Assembly: GCA_963739455.1 (NCBI GenBank)
Contig: CAVUAK010000002.1
Location: 224,001 to 288,000 of the forward strand
From: an uncultured Gemmatimonadales bacterium
GTDB taxonomy: Bacteria; Gemmatimonadota; Gemmatimonadetes; Gemmatimonadales; GWC2-71-9
DNA: 64,000 nucleotides
Direction of reading: 5' to 3'
Numbering within the stretch: the first letter of the stretch is position 1; each line of letters opens with the position of its first letter. The notes beneath the pieces are model-generated. The model saw nothing but the letters and a program-made list of their open reading frames with translations. It did no database searches and was not told where the DNA came from. A program made the position numbers and the translations under genes. This document shows, in pieces, positions 31,852 to 41,588 of this stretch.

Positions 31852-33174
31852 CTACCTGGAGCGAAACCTCGACGCCGCCGACCTGAAGGCGGTGTCGAGC
31901 GGCCGGAGCACGAAGGGCAGCACCGCCATGCCCACGATGATGAACGCCTCGTGACGGTGGGCTTCCCGGCCCCCCAATTGCGCCAGCATCGCCCCGAGTG
32001 CGGCGAGACAGGTCATTGCTGCCACCAGCGATACCCAGCGAAGGCTCTTCGTTTCCTTCGCCAGTCGGGCGTTGGCCGCATTCACCGCCGCGAACACCAT
32101 CAGGAATCCTGCGCTCGACACCGCTGACAGTGCGTGCAGGTTCATCGTGGTGGTCGCGATGACGCCCGCCGTGGTGAGGAACGCCAGCTTCCATGGGTGA
32201 CCACCAAATACCGTCCCCGCCCGCTTCCACCGGTGCGGCCCCTCCTCGGCGAGCATCCCCATCAACCGGGTTGACCCGAAGATGTCAGCGTTGATCGCGG
32301 ATACCGCCGCCACCACCGCGCCGACCGCCATGTAGCCGAACCCGAAGTGGCCCATGAACGTTTCGGCCACTGCCGAGATCGCATGATCCTTCTGCGCCTC
32401 GAGCTGCTCGAACGGCAGGTGCCCGACCGACACCACCACGATCGAGATGTACAGCAGCATCGCCACGAGCACGCTGCCGTAGAATGCCGCCGGCAGTGTC
32501 TTCGCCCGGTTCGTCACCCGGGGCGAGGCATTGGCAATGAGTTCGAAGCCCTCATAGCTCAGGAAGATCAGCATGCCGGTGACGAAGATGTCGACCGGCC
32601 CCACCCAGTTCGCCGGGCCCAGTCGTTCCACTGACAACCCGCGGCTCGCGAGTCCCAGCACAATGAAGCTGCCGAGCACCAGGAGCTTCGCCACGTTGAG
32701 CACGCCTTCCCACCGGTCCATCGCCGCCGGGAGCGCACCGTTCGCCACCCCGAGCAGGATCAGCACCCCCGCCGCGAGGAACGGTTGCAGGTGCGACCAG
32801 CTGCCGGGGAGCAGCAGTGCCGCATACGTCGCGAACGCGTTGGCGTACAGCGCCATGATCACGATGTAGCTCAGCACCAGCAGCGTGCTCAGCCGCTGGC
32901 TCAGGAAGCCGCTGCCGAAGCCGCGGTTCAGGAATGCCACCGTGCCGCCGGTGCTCGGGAAGGCGATGGAAAGCTTGCTGTAGGAGTAGGCCGTGAGGAG
33001 GGCGACGACGCCGGCCACGAGGAACGACAGCCAGGCTGAGCCACGCGCGTCGGATACCGCGAGCCCGAGGGTGGCGAAGATGCCGCCGCCCACGATGCCA
33101 CCGATCCCGATGGAGAATGCGCCGAGAAGCCCTATCGCATCCCCGGCGCCGCTTCCGCCCTTCGCGTCACTCAC
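31852..33174 (-). CDS. APC-family amino acid permease
   Basis: IGIGGIVGGGIFA, AYSYSKLS..FPSTGG, FLSYEGFE; about 12 TM segments. Confidence 0.88.
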   Translation of the reverse strand: MSDAKGGSGAGDAIGLLGAFSIGIGGIVGGGIFATLGLAVSDARGSAWLSFLVAGVVALLTAYSYSKLSIAFPSTGGTVAFLNRGFGSGFLSQRLSTLLVLSYIVIMALYANAFATYAALLLPGSWSHLQPFLAAGVLILLGVANGALPAAMDRWEGVLNVAKLLVLGSFIVLGLASRGLSVERLGPANWVGPVDIFVTGMLIFLSYEGFELIANASPRVTNRAKTLPAAFYGSVLVAMLLYISIVVVSVGHLPFEQLEAQKDHAISAVAETFMGHFGFGYMAVGAVVAAVSAINADIFGSTRLMGMLAEEGPHRWKRAGTVFGGHPWKLAFLTTAGVIATTTMNLHALSAVSSAGFLMVFAAVNAANARLAKETKSLRWVSLVAAMTCLAALGAMLAQLGGREAHRHEAFIIVGMAVLPFVLRPLDTAFRSAASRFRSR

Positions 33175-33884
33175 TAGGGCGCGTCGAGCGGCTCGTCGCC
33201 ACCGAAGAGGTCGATGGTCGGCTCGGCCACCATGCCGGGCCGTCCGGCGCGCTTGCGCAGGTCGCTGGCACGGTCGCGCGACGTGATGCCCTGCCCCACG
33301 GCACCGGCCAGGCTCTCGGCGTAGGTGTGGTCCAGCCGGCCTCCCGAGATGAGCGCGCGGTACCAGATGGCGCCGAGCAATTCATCGATCACCACCTCGA
33401 GGTCCACATCGGGGTGCACTTCTCCCCGTGCCACGCCCCGCTCGAGCAGTTCCCGCACGGCAGCGCGCGCCGGCGCCACGAACCGCTCCCGGAACAGGCG
33501 GCCGACCTCCGGGTCGGCGTGACTGGCGGCCACGAGGCCCGCGACACTCCGGCGCAGCGACTCATCGCTCGCCGAGGCCGACACCACGCCGGCAAAGGTC
33601 GCGAGGTCACGACGAAGTGAGCCGCTGTCGGGGATAGGTGCGGTGACATCGTCCTGCGAGAGGAATGCCTCCACCAGGACTGCTGCCCGGGAGGACCACC
33701 GACGATAGATGGTCTGCTTCCCGACGGCGGCTCGCTCGGCGATCGCCTCGATGGTGACGCCGTCCACACCGCGTTCCTCCAGCAGCGCGGCGGCAGCGCG
33801 CAGGATGGTGCGCCGCAGCCCTTCGTTGCGGGGGCGCCCACGCCGGCGGGGAGCTGGCGGTGACGAGTCGGGCGAGTCAGTCAC
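33174..33884 (-). CDS. TetR/AcrR family regulator
   Basis: RRGRPR...VTIEAIAERAAVGKQTIYRRW HTH; PDSGSLRRDL. Confidence 0.92.
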   Translation of the reverse strand: MTDSPDSSPPAPRRRGRPRNEGLRRTILRAAAALLEERGVDGVTIEAIAERAAVGKQTIYRRWSSRAAVLVEAFLSQDDVTAPIPDSGSLRRDLATFAGVVSASASDESLRRSVAGLVAASHADPEVGRLFRERFVAPARAAVRELLERGVARGEVHPDVDLEVVIDELLGAIWYRALISGGRLDHTYAESLAGAVGQGITSRDRASDLRKRAGRPGMVAEPTIDLFGGDEPLDAP

Positions 33885-33910
33885 AGGCGAAATAGGCGGC
33901 GCCGCGTTGC

Positions 33911-33931
33911 GAGACGATACGGTTCATTATA
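33911..33931 (-). promoter_or_regulatory. tetR -10 box with candidate palindromic operator
   Basis: Minus-strand TATAAT (33926-33931) directly followed by GAACCG-TAT-CGTCTC, an imperfect inverted repeat. Confidence 0.5.
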
Positions 33932-33958
33932 GGCCTGTCCACCCCGGAGCGCGAGAGG

Positions 33959-35377
33959 TCAGCGGTAGATCGACTCTGCGCGCGATCCGGTGACCCGGTT
34001 CCGGCCCCGTCGCTTGGCGTCGTAGAGGGAGGCATCGGCTTGCGCGAAGAGGTTGTCCACGTGGCGGCTGGTCTCGGGCCACTGGGCCACCCCGAACGAC
34101 GCCGTGAGCAGCCAGGGCGTGCCCTTCCAGTTCCATTCCGAGGTCTCGAGGGCATCCCGCACCCGTTCCGCCACGGCGAGCGCCTCGTCGTAGCTGACGT
34201 CGGGCAGCCAGAGCACGAACTCTTCCCCGCCGATGCGTGCGGCGAGGTCCCGGCCGCGCAACTGCCCCTTCAGGAGCCCCGCGACGTGCAGCAGCGCCGC
34301 ATCGCCGGCGGCGTGGCCGAGGGTGTCATTGAGGACCTTGAAGCGGTCTACATCGGACAGTACGTAGGCACCACGCTGCAGGCCCACGCGATGCATCGCG
34401 CCCTCCAGCGCGCGCCGGTTCGCGAGGCCGGTGAGGCGGTCGCGCGTTGCCTCTTCCTCGCGGAGCCGGTACTCGCGGGCTCGCCACGCGTGTGGCGCCG
34501 CGCGCCGGATGAGGTCGCGGACCCGCTGCTGGATCTGGTGCGGGAAGTTGCGCGCGCCCGAGGGCCAGATCGCCACGACACCGATACGCTCACCCGACAC
34601 CTCCATCGGGATGAGGATGGCGGGGCCAAGTGACCGGCGGCGATCGCCCGATGCCGCGCCGAGGGGCGGTTCGTCCGTCTCCTCGAATGATCCGCCGGCC
34701 CGCAGCATCGTCGCGAGCGGACTGTCCGGCGGCGCAACAGTACCGAGAAGGCGATCGTCGGCCTCGCCGGCGAGCCCCATGATGGTGAGTTCGTCCCGGA
34801 TGCGAACGGCGACGATGACGTCGGCCCCGGTGAGCTTCTCGAGCAGCAGCGCCAGCTGGCGGCCAACGCTCTCGATCGACTCGATGCTGGCGTCCCGTGC
34901 GTCGGCTGGCGCCAGCGCGGTGACCCGGGGGCGGCGCTTGAGTCCCTCGAGCAGCCGGTCGAGTTCGCCCTCGAGCCGGGCCACCGCATCGGAGGGTGTG
35001 CCGGGAGGCATGAGAGCACCGGCGGCAAAACCTGACCCGCAACGCACCACGAGCACCCCGGACTCGAGGCGCTCCACCAGCGGTCGCTCTTCGGTGCGGG
35101 CGCGGTCCAGCCGGACCTCGGCGGTGAACAGGTCATCACTCGACGGCGGCGGCATCGAGAGGCGCCGTGTCATCTCGCGTGGCAACTCGCCCCGTTCTGC
35201 CTCCACCGCCCACACCGCCATCGCGCCCAGTGACGCGCGCAGCCACTCCAGTCCGGGATCGGGCAGGAGGTGCGGTGCGACCGCATCGGCCGTCTCGCCC
35301 TCCGGTGCATGGCGTCGCGTGCGCGCGTACCACCCGATCGCAACGCCCACCAGGAGCGCAAGCAGGGCGGCGATCAC
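33959..35377 (-). CDS. membrane-anchored GAF-GGDEF diguanylate cyclase
   Basis: N-terminal TM; GAF-like segment; DRLTGLANRR, DVDRFK..ND..GH, RGRD I-site, GGEEF; GTGA overlap with corA. Confidence 0.9.
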   Translation of the reverse strand: MIAALLALLVGVAIGWYARTRRHAPEGETADAVAPHLLPDPGLEWLRASLGAMAVWAVEAERGELPREMTRRLSMPPPSSDDLFTAEVRLDRARTEERPLVERLESGVLVVRCGSGFAAGALMPPGTPSDAVARLEGELDRLLEGLKRRPRVTALAPADARDASIESIESVGRQLALLLEKLTGADVIVAVRIRDELTIMGLAGEADDRLLGTVAPPDSPLATMLRAGGSFEETDEPPLGAASGDRRRSLGPAILIPMEVSGERIGVVAIWPSGARNFPHQIQQRVRDLIRRAAPHAWRAREYRLREEEATRDRLTGLANRRALEGAMHRVGLQRGAYVLSDVDRFKVLNDTLGHAAGDAALLHVAGLLKGQLRGRDLAARIGGEEFVLWLPDVSYDEALAVAERVRDALETSEWNWKGTPWLLTASFGVAQWPETSRHVDNLFAQADASLYDAKRRGRNRVTGSRAESIYR

Positions 35378-36297
35378 AGCTTGAGCCACCCTCGCCGGCG
35401 GAACCAGGTGTAGATCACGAGCGTGATGAGCACCATGACACCCCACACCGCCGGGTATCCCCACCGCCGGGAGAGCTCCGGCATGAACTCGAAGTTCATG
35501 CCGTACACACCCACGAGGAACGTGAGTGGCAGGAAGAAGGCCGAGAACACGGTGAGGATGCGCATGACCTGGTTGGTCTTCTGCGACGACAGGGCGAGCT
35601 GCAGGTTGGTAAGGTTGGTGACGGACTCGAGCAGTTCGTCCGCATAGAAGTGCATCGCCTCGACGGTCTCGCGGACGTCCTGGTAGTGCGGGGTCGAGGC
35701 ATCGACCGGAGGGGAGAACAGCTTCAGCACCTCGAGGCTGCGCCACAGCATGCGCTTGCTCAGCGTCGTGCGGCGGCGCAGCACGTAGAGGTCGAGCAGG
35801 TCCTCCGTGTCGTGGTTGTTCTGGAAGAGCGCCGCCTCCACCTCGTCGAGACCCTCCTCGATCCTTTCAAGCGGCGGCTCGAATGTCGCAAGTCCGCGGT
35901 CGATGATGTCCAGGATGAGGCGATGTGTTGGCGGCTCGCTGTTCACCTCACCGGCGTCGGTCGCGCGCCACTGCTGCTCGAGCGCGGTAAGGAACGGCAG
36001 CGGCTTCCGGTGAATCGTGACGACAAAGTCGGGTCCCGAGAAGATGGCCACCTTCCGGGTCATCTCGTGCACGGTGGCACAGTCCGGCGTCGATTCGGTG
36101 TCGAAGACGCGGATGATGATGAAATGGCGGTTGGGGAACTTCTCGAACTTGGGAAGGTGCTCGGGGTCGAGGCAGTCGCGAACAGAAGTGGTATGCAGTC
36201 CATAGAGGTGCGCCACCTCCGTCAGCTCTGACGCCGTCGGCTCGACCACGTCAACCCAGGTGACGCCCTGGGTGCCGTCAATGACGGTACGGATCAT
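35374..36297 (-). CDS. corA: CorA-family Mg2+ transporter
   Basis: GVYGMNFEFMPEL signature and two C-terminal TMs. Confidence 0.9.
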   Translation of the reverse strand: MIRTVIDGTQGVTWVDVVEPTASELTEVAHLYGLHTTSVRDCLDPEHLPKFEKFPNRHFIIIRVFDTESTPDCATVHEMTRKVAIFSGPDFVVTIHRKPLPFLTALEQQWRATDAGEVNSEPPTHRLILDIIDRGLATFEPPLERIEEGLDEVEAALFQNNHDTEDLLDLYVLRRRTTLSKRMLWRSLEVLKLFSPPVDASTPHYQDVRETVEAMHFYADELLESVTNLTNLQLALSSQKTNQVMRILTVFSAFFLPLTFLVGVYGMNFEFMPELSRRWGYPAVWGVMVLITLVIYTWFRRRGWLKL

Positions 36298-36322
36298 TCG
36301 GTCGCGCCCAGGCGGGCGCCGC

Positions 36323-37306
36323 TCACGCCACCTGCTCTAGCGGCTGGAGGTACCCCAGGAAAATCGACTCGGCCTCCGCAATCGACTCCACCTGGAAGAG
36401 GCGCTGCCGCAGGTCGCTCGCGCCGTGGAGGCCCCTGGTGTACCAGCCCAGGTGCTTCCGGAACTCCATGACCGTCTTGCGCGTGTCGCCCTGCAGCCGC
36501 AGCGCCAGCCGGGCGTGCTCGAGGGCCACCCGGAAGCGCTCCGCTGCGTCGGGCGCCTGGGGCAGCGCCTCGCCCGCCAGCAGGGCCTGCGCATCCCGGA
36601 AGATCCACGGATTGCCGAAGGCGCCGCGGCCGATCATCACCCCGGCGCAGCCGGTGTGCGCCTTCATCCGGACCACGTCCTCCGCGTGCTGCACATCGCC
36701 GTTGCCGATGACGGGAATGTCCAGCGCCTCCACCACCCGGGCGATCTCGTCCCAGCTGGCGCGCCCGCCGAACATCTGGGTGCGCGTGCGCGCATGCAGG
36801 GTGAACGCCCGGGCGCCCGCGTCCTGCATGCGGAGCGCGATGCCAACGGGATCGCGGTTCTCCTCGCTCCAGCCACTGCGCGTCTTCACGGTGACGGGGA
36901 GGTGCGTGGCGCCGATGACGGCACGGATGATCCGCGACACGAGTTCCGGTTCGCGCAGGCAGCCCGAGCCGCCGTTTCGCTGCACCACCTTCTTGACCGG
37001 GCAACCGAAGTTGATGTCGATGAATTCCGGTGCGTAGTGCTCGGTCACCAGCGCCGCGGCCTCCGCCATGGCGCCGGGATCGGCGCCATAGATCTGGATG
37101 CCGATGGGGCGCTCATGCTCCTCGAACTCCGCGCCCTCGAGCGTGGCCCGAATGCGGCGCCGGATCGCCTCCGACGAGAGAAACTCGGAAATGACGACGT
37201 CCGCCCCCGCCGACCGGCACACCTGCCGGAACGGGGCCTCCGAGACGCCGGCCATCGGCGCCAGGATGAGCGCGAAATCGTGTGCGGAGGGATATGGCAA
37301 ACGCAT
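36323..37306 (-). CDS. dusB: tRNA-dihydrouridine synthase B
   Basis: LAPMAGVS, DINFGCPVKKV, PVIGNGDV, GVMIGRG. Confidence 0.93.
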   Translation of the reverse strand: MRLPYPSAHDFALILAPMAGVSEAPFRQVCRSAGADVVISEFLSSEAIRRRIRATLEGAEFEEHERPIGIQIYGADPGAMAEAAALVTEHYAPEFIDINFGCPVKKVVQRNGGSGCLREPELVSRIIRAVIGATHLPVTVKTRSGWSEENRDPVGIALRMQDAGARAFTLHARTRTQMFGGRASWDEIARVVEALDIPVIGNGDVQHAEDVVRMKAHTGCAGVMIGRGAFGNPWIFRDAQALLAGEALPQAPDAAERFRVALEHARLALRLQGDTRKTVMEFRKHLGWYTRGLHGASDLRQRLFQVESIAEAESIFLGYLQPLEQVA

Positions 37307-37399
37307 GCGCGCAAAATACTTGGCGATCGTCATTGGCCGCCAGCCCGGCCCTTGGTAGGGTTACGGCGGGCGGCCCCGCCGGATTATCTTGGCGGCCTC

Positions 37400-37852
37400 A
37401 TGCGACTCCGTGACTTCATCAGCGACGATGCAGTGCGACTCGACCTCGGCGGGGCGTCGAAGGACGACGTTCTCGAGGAAATGGCGAAGCTGCTTCGCGC
37501 CGATGATCGCGCCACGGCCACGCTGCTGCGCATTCTCCGCCGCCGCGAGCACCTTGGCTCGACTGGCGTCGGTCGTGGCATCGCCATTCCTCATTGCCGG
37601 ACGCTGGTGTCGAATCGATTGCGCGTGGCTTTCGCGCGGCACCCGGCGGGCGTCGAATGGGACGCAATCGACCGCCGGCCGGTGCGCTACCTGTTCCTGA
37701 TCGTGGCGCCGCCGCTCGAGGTATCGAACCAGTACCTGCCCGTGCTGGGACGCATCGCCCAGTTCGCCAAGGACGCCGACATTCCCGAGCGCCTGGCATC
37801 ACTCACCAGTCCCGCCGATTTCTTCGCGCTCCTCGAGGCGCGCGGCGTCTAG
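37400..37852 (+). CDS. ptsN: PTS EIIA (Ntr/fructose type)
   Basis: RREHLGSTGVGRGIAIPH phospho-His motif. Confidence 0.85.
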   Translation: MRLRDFISDDAVRLDLGGASKDDVLEEMAKLLRADDRATATLLRILRRREHLGSTGVGRGIAIPHCRTLVSNRLRVAFARHPAGVEWDAIDRRPVRYLFLIVAPPLEVSNQYLPVLGRIAQFAKDADIPERLASLTSPADFFALLEARGV

Positions 37853-37882
37853 AACCGTATCACTTCACGAGAGGGAGCACGG

Positions 37883-38326
37883 ATGTCCACGACCAAGGAC
37901 CTGAGCTGGGGCGGCATCGCGCTTCGCCTCCTCGCGGCGCTGGTGCTCGTCTACCTGACGTTCAATCCGTTCGGCGTCTCCTGGTTCCACTGGACGATCA
38001 CCCCGCTCCTCGACACCCCTACCGCCGCGCTGCGCTCCATCACGCCGCTCAAGGTGCTGGCCGGTATCGCGCTCCTCGGCGGATGGTGGTTCTTCATCCA
38101 GGCATCGCAGCGCTCGCTCGGCACCGCCGGCGCCTTCATCGTCCTCGCGCTGTGCGCAACCTTCTTCTGGGGACTCAGCTACTGGCACATCTTCACGCCC
38201 GGCTCCAGTTCCGCGATCGCGCACCTGGTGCTGATCACCGTGGCACTCGTCCTCGGCCTGGGCCTGTCCTGGTCGGCCGTGAAGCAGCGCATCACCGGCC
38301 AGGTGGACACCGACGTTATTGGCTGA
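37883..38326 (+). CDS. membrane protein (DUF6524-like)
   Basis: LRLLAALVLVYLTFNPFG.SWFHW; GLSWS...RITGQVD; GGAG RBS. Confidence 0.7.
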   Translation: MSTTKDLSWGGIALRLLAALVLVYLTFNPFGVSWFHWTITPLLDTPTAALRSITPLKVLAGIALLGGWWFFIQASQRSLGTAGAFIVLALCATFFWGLSYWHIFTPGSSSAIAHLVLITVALVLGLGLSWSAVKQRITGQVDTDVIG

Positions 38327-38843
38327 CGGGAGGCACTGCCTTCCGCGCCAGCAGTACCCCGGCCACGACACTCACCAGGTAAAGCACGATCCCCACCCCA
38401 TGCACCGCGCGACCGATCGCCAGGTCCCGGTGCAGCAGGTCAAGCTCGTCCAGGATCCACAACCAGTCATGTTCCCCGCCTCCCACCAGCGGCAGGTCCT
38501 GGGCCCGCGCGTCGCTGATGTAGCGCGCGATGTTCCAGCAGTTCTGGCCCGTCCACCACAGCGGCACCGTCGCCGCGTGCCAGTCGCGCTGCACGGCGAA
38601 ATAGACCGCGAATGTGAGGGGGACAATCAGCTGGAAGAGCGTACCACCGAGCACGTTCATGAACTCGCCGAACGGGGCGAACAGCAGGTGGCCCGTTTCG
38701 TGGATCGCGAGGTCGATGTTGTCGACGAAGCCGAAGTGACCGGGGTGCGTGGCCAGGAACCAGCCGTAGATCGCCAGGACGCCCGTCAGGATCAGCCGCG
38801 GATAGTCCCAGGGGCGTCGAGGTCCGGCACTGCTAACTTGCAC
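38316..38843 (-). CDS. small HExxH membrane protein (M50-like)
   Basis: IHETGHLLF, GGTLFQLIVP, YISDA, HDW; several TMs. Confidence 0.75.
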   Translation of the reverse strand: MQVSSAGPRRPWDYPRLILTGVLAIYGWFLATHPGHFGFVDNIDLAIHETGHLLFAPFGEFMNVLGGTLFQLIVPLTFAVYFAVQRDWHAATVPLWWTGQNCWNIARYISDARAQDLPLVGGGEHDWLWILDELDLLHRDLAIGRAVHGVGIVLYLVSVVAGVLLARKAVPPVSQ

Positions 38844-38871
38844 GTTCGGCCTTTCATTTCCCTGAGGTCCG

Positions 38872-41289
38872 ATGCCTCACGACGAACTCGACGGCCTGGA
38901 AGTTGGCGCATACACCCTGGAACGTCCCCTCGGTCATGGGGGGATGGGCTCGGTCTGGCTCGCCCACCGCACGGACGGTCGCTTCGAGGGTCGTGTTGCC
39001 GTCAAGCTGATGAACCTGGCCCTGGTCGAGTCGCTCGCCGTGGAGCGGTTTCGCCGTGAGGGCTCGCTTCTCGCGCGGCTCACCCACCCCGGTATCGCGC
39101 GACTGCTCGACGCCGGCGTGGCTGCCACCCGCCAGCCATACCTCGTCATCGAATACATCGATGGGTTGCCGATCGACCGGTACGCCGACCTCGCGGTGCT
39201 GTCGGTACCCGACCGTCTCAGCCTTGCGCTGCAGGTGCTCGACGCCCTGAGCCATGCGCACACCAACTTTGTCGTTCACCGCGACATCAAGCCGACCAAC
39301 ATCCTCGTTACTCCCGACGGGACCGTCAAGCTGCTCGACTTCGGGATCGGGAAGCTCCTCGGCCAGGAAGAGGGAGGAGATGACAGCCAGCTCACTGCAG
39401 CGGGCGGTCGCGCCTTCACACCCGCCTTCGCGGCGCCTGAACAGGTACTCGGCGGGCCCATTACCATGGCGACCGACGTCTACTCGGTGGGCGTATTGGT
39501 CTACCTGCTCGTGGCGGGGCACCACCCGATGGCCGGGCCGGGACAGGCGCCCGCTTCAATCCCTGCCCTGAGCGATATCGAACCGGCGCGCATCGGGCTG
39601 GGCGACCTCGACAGCGTGCTGCTCAAGGCACTGAACCGCCCGCCCGCCGACCGCTACCAGACTGCGCAGGAGTTCGCGGACGACCTGCGCCGGTATCTCG
39701 CGCAGCGGCCCGTGCGCGCCCAGCCCGATTCCGCGACCTACCGGATGAGGAAGTTCCTTCGGCGGCATCGCGACCTGGTGATCGTCGGAACTGCGATCAC
39801 CGCTGCCCTCATTGGCATGGCGACCTTCTCCTTTCGACAGATGACCGCGGCTCGGACCCAGCGCAACGTCGCCATCCGCTCCAGCCAGCGCGAGGGCGCG
39901 CTCAGTGAGCTCCAGGGAATCCTGGCTGCTGACCTGCCCGGCCCCGACGGAAAGTCCCTGTCGATGGCCGGCCGCATCGCGAAGGCCGAGGAAGTGCTTG
40001 GCCGCCGCTACCGCAACGATCCCTGGCTCGTCGCCACCGTGCTGGTCGATCTCTCCGGTCGTCACTTCGAGGTGGGTGACCTTGCGGCCCAGCGCGAGAT
40101 GCTCGAGCGCGCCCGAGCGGTTGCGAAGCAGGCCAGCCTCGGCTCCCCGCTGGCACTGGCCGACTGCACGCGCGCCATCAATTTCTGGCTGCTCGATATC
40201 CTCGACTCGGCGCGCGCGGATGTCGCCGAGGCCAATGCGGCGCTGGCACGTGATCCCGATCCGGATCTCTCGGTGAAATCCGTCTGTCTCGAGGCGGAGG
40301 GCAAGCTCCTCCAGTCGGCGGGCGAGACCGACCAGGCGGTGGCCCTGCTGGAACAGGCGCTGGCCATCGAGCAGGCGGAGCCGAATGGCGGCCGCCAGCT
40401 CTCGGTCGAGAACTCGCTCGCCGAGGTGCTGCGCCTCTCGGGCCGCACGCGTGAGGCGGTGCCCCACTTCCGTCACATTCTCGCGGAACTGGAAGCGAAC
40501 GGCTACGGTGACACCGACGCCTGGCCCAATGTCGTCGCGTTCCTCGCGGCGTCCCTGGAGGAACTGGGTGAGCTGGCCGAACTGAACGTCTCGCTTCGAG
40601 AGTATGTGCGCACCCGACAGGGCGCGTCCGGTGCACCGATCGCTTCGCGACTCTCCCTGCTTTACGGAGTGAGCTTCCTCCGACTGGGCGCGCTCGACTC
40701 GGCCGAATGGTGGATCGGGAAGGCGCTGGAGGATACCACCGGACGAGCCGGCCTCTTCGAGGCGCAGCTCCCCACGGTGCTGTCGCAGTTGCGGCTGGAC
40801 CAGGGGCGCCTGGCGGACGCGCGTGTGCAGGTGGGCAAGCTGCCCGCGCGGGCACGTGGCCAGCGCGCCACGGCGGCGATGATGCAGGCACGAGTCCGGC
40901 GGGCGCAGGGTGATGCCGATGGGGCCTCAAGGCTGCTGGAGCTCGAGCTGTCGAAGTTGGAGATTGACACCCTTCCCAAGCTGGCGCTCTTCACCCTTCC
41001 CCTGGTGACGGCGGGAGACTGGCGGCTGGCCCGCGCCGATGCGCACGGCGCCGATTCGCTGGCTCGTCTGGCCCGCGAGGCAGCCGCAATCGATTCTCTT
41101 GCCCTTACCCGAAGCGCGCTTGTCGGCCGCGCCGAGTTGTTGCGCGCGAGGGCCCTTGCCGCCAACCGCGAGCTCGTCGAAGCGCGCAGGGCGGCAGAGC
41201 GTGCGGTGGCGGCCCTCGATAACGGCTACGGGAGTGAAAACGGTTGGTCGCGAATGGCGCGGGAACTGGTGGACTCGCTGTCGCGCTAA
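38872..41289 (+). CDS. Hanks-type Ser/Thr protein kinase with TM and TPR domain
   Basis: LGHGGMGSV, VAVK, HRDIKPTN, DFG, APE, DVYSVG; TM near residue 305; TPR-like helices. Confidence 0.93.
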   Translation: MPHDELDGLEVGAYTLERPLGHGGMGSVWLAHRTDGRFEGRVAVKLMNLALVESLAVERFRREGSLLARLTHPGIARLLDAGVAATRQPYLVIEYIDGLPIDRYADLAVLSVPDRLSLALQVLDALSHAHTNFVVHRDIKPTNILVTPDGTVKLLDFGIGKLLGQEEGGDDSQLTAAGGRAFTPAFAAPEQVLGGPITMATDVYSVGVLVYLLVAGHHPMAGPGQAPASIPALSDIEPARIGLGDLDSVLLKALNRPPADRYQTAQEFADDLRRYLAQRPVRAQPDSATYRMRKFLRRHRDLVIVGTAITAALIGMATFSFRQMTAARTQRNVAIRSSQREGALSELQGILAADLPGPDGKSLSMAGRIAKAEEVLGRRYRNDPWLVATVLVDLSGRHFEVGDLAAQREMLERARAVAKQASLGSPLALADCTRAINFWLLDILDSARADVAEANAALARDPDPDLSVKSVCLEAEGKLLQSAGETDQAVALLEQALAIEQAEPNGGRQLSVENSLAEVLRLSGRTREAVPHFRHILAELEANGYGDTDAWPNVVAFLAASLEELGELAELNVSLREYVRTRQGASGAPIASRLSLLYGVSFLRLGALDSAEWWIGKALEDTTGRAGLFEAQLPTVLSQLRLDQGRLADARVQVGKLPARARGQRATAAMMQARVRRAQGDADGASRLLELELSKLEIDTLPKLALFTLPLVTAGDWRLARADAHGADSLARLAREAAAIDSLALTRSALVGRAELLRARALAANRELVEARRAAERAVAALDNGYGSENGWSRMARELVDSLSR

Positions 41290-41564
41290 GTGTCGTCGCC
41301 TTGCACCGTCTCGCGGATCTGCAGCCGACGCACCACCAGCTCATCCACCTCCAGGCGCCGGATCCGGACCCGATGGATGGCAAGCTTGCCGATTGCCAGG
41401 GCACCGATCGCAACCGCGCCCAGGGCCAGTGCGCCAAGGGCAAGTGAGCCGATGGCGAGGGTCCCTACCGCCTTGGCACCGGCCTTCTCGGACCGGAGGA
41501 TGACGTCCTCATCGCCGGGCCAGTCCCGCCGCGACCCCCGACCCAGCCTGCGCGAATGGAGCAT
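41286..41564 (-). CDS. small protein with 5-residue repeats
   Basis: AVGTL-AIGSL-ALGAL-ALGAV-AIGAL-AIGKL-AIHRV-RIRRL-EVDEL-VVRRL. Confidence 0.7.
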   Translation of the reverse strand: MLHSRRLGRGSRRDWPGDEDVILRSEKAGAKAVGTLAIGSLALGALALGAVAIGALAIGKLAIHRVRIRRLEVDELVVRRLQIRETVQGDDT

Positions 41565-41588
41565 TGCGTCTTCCTGTTGGATCTTTCG

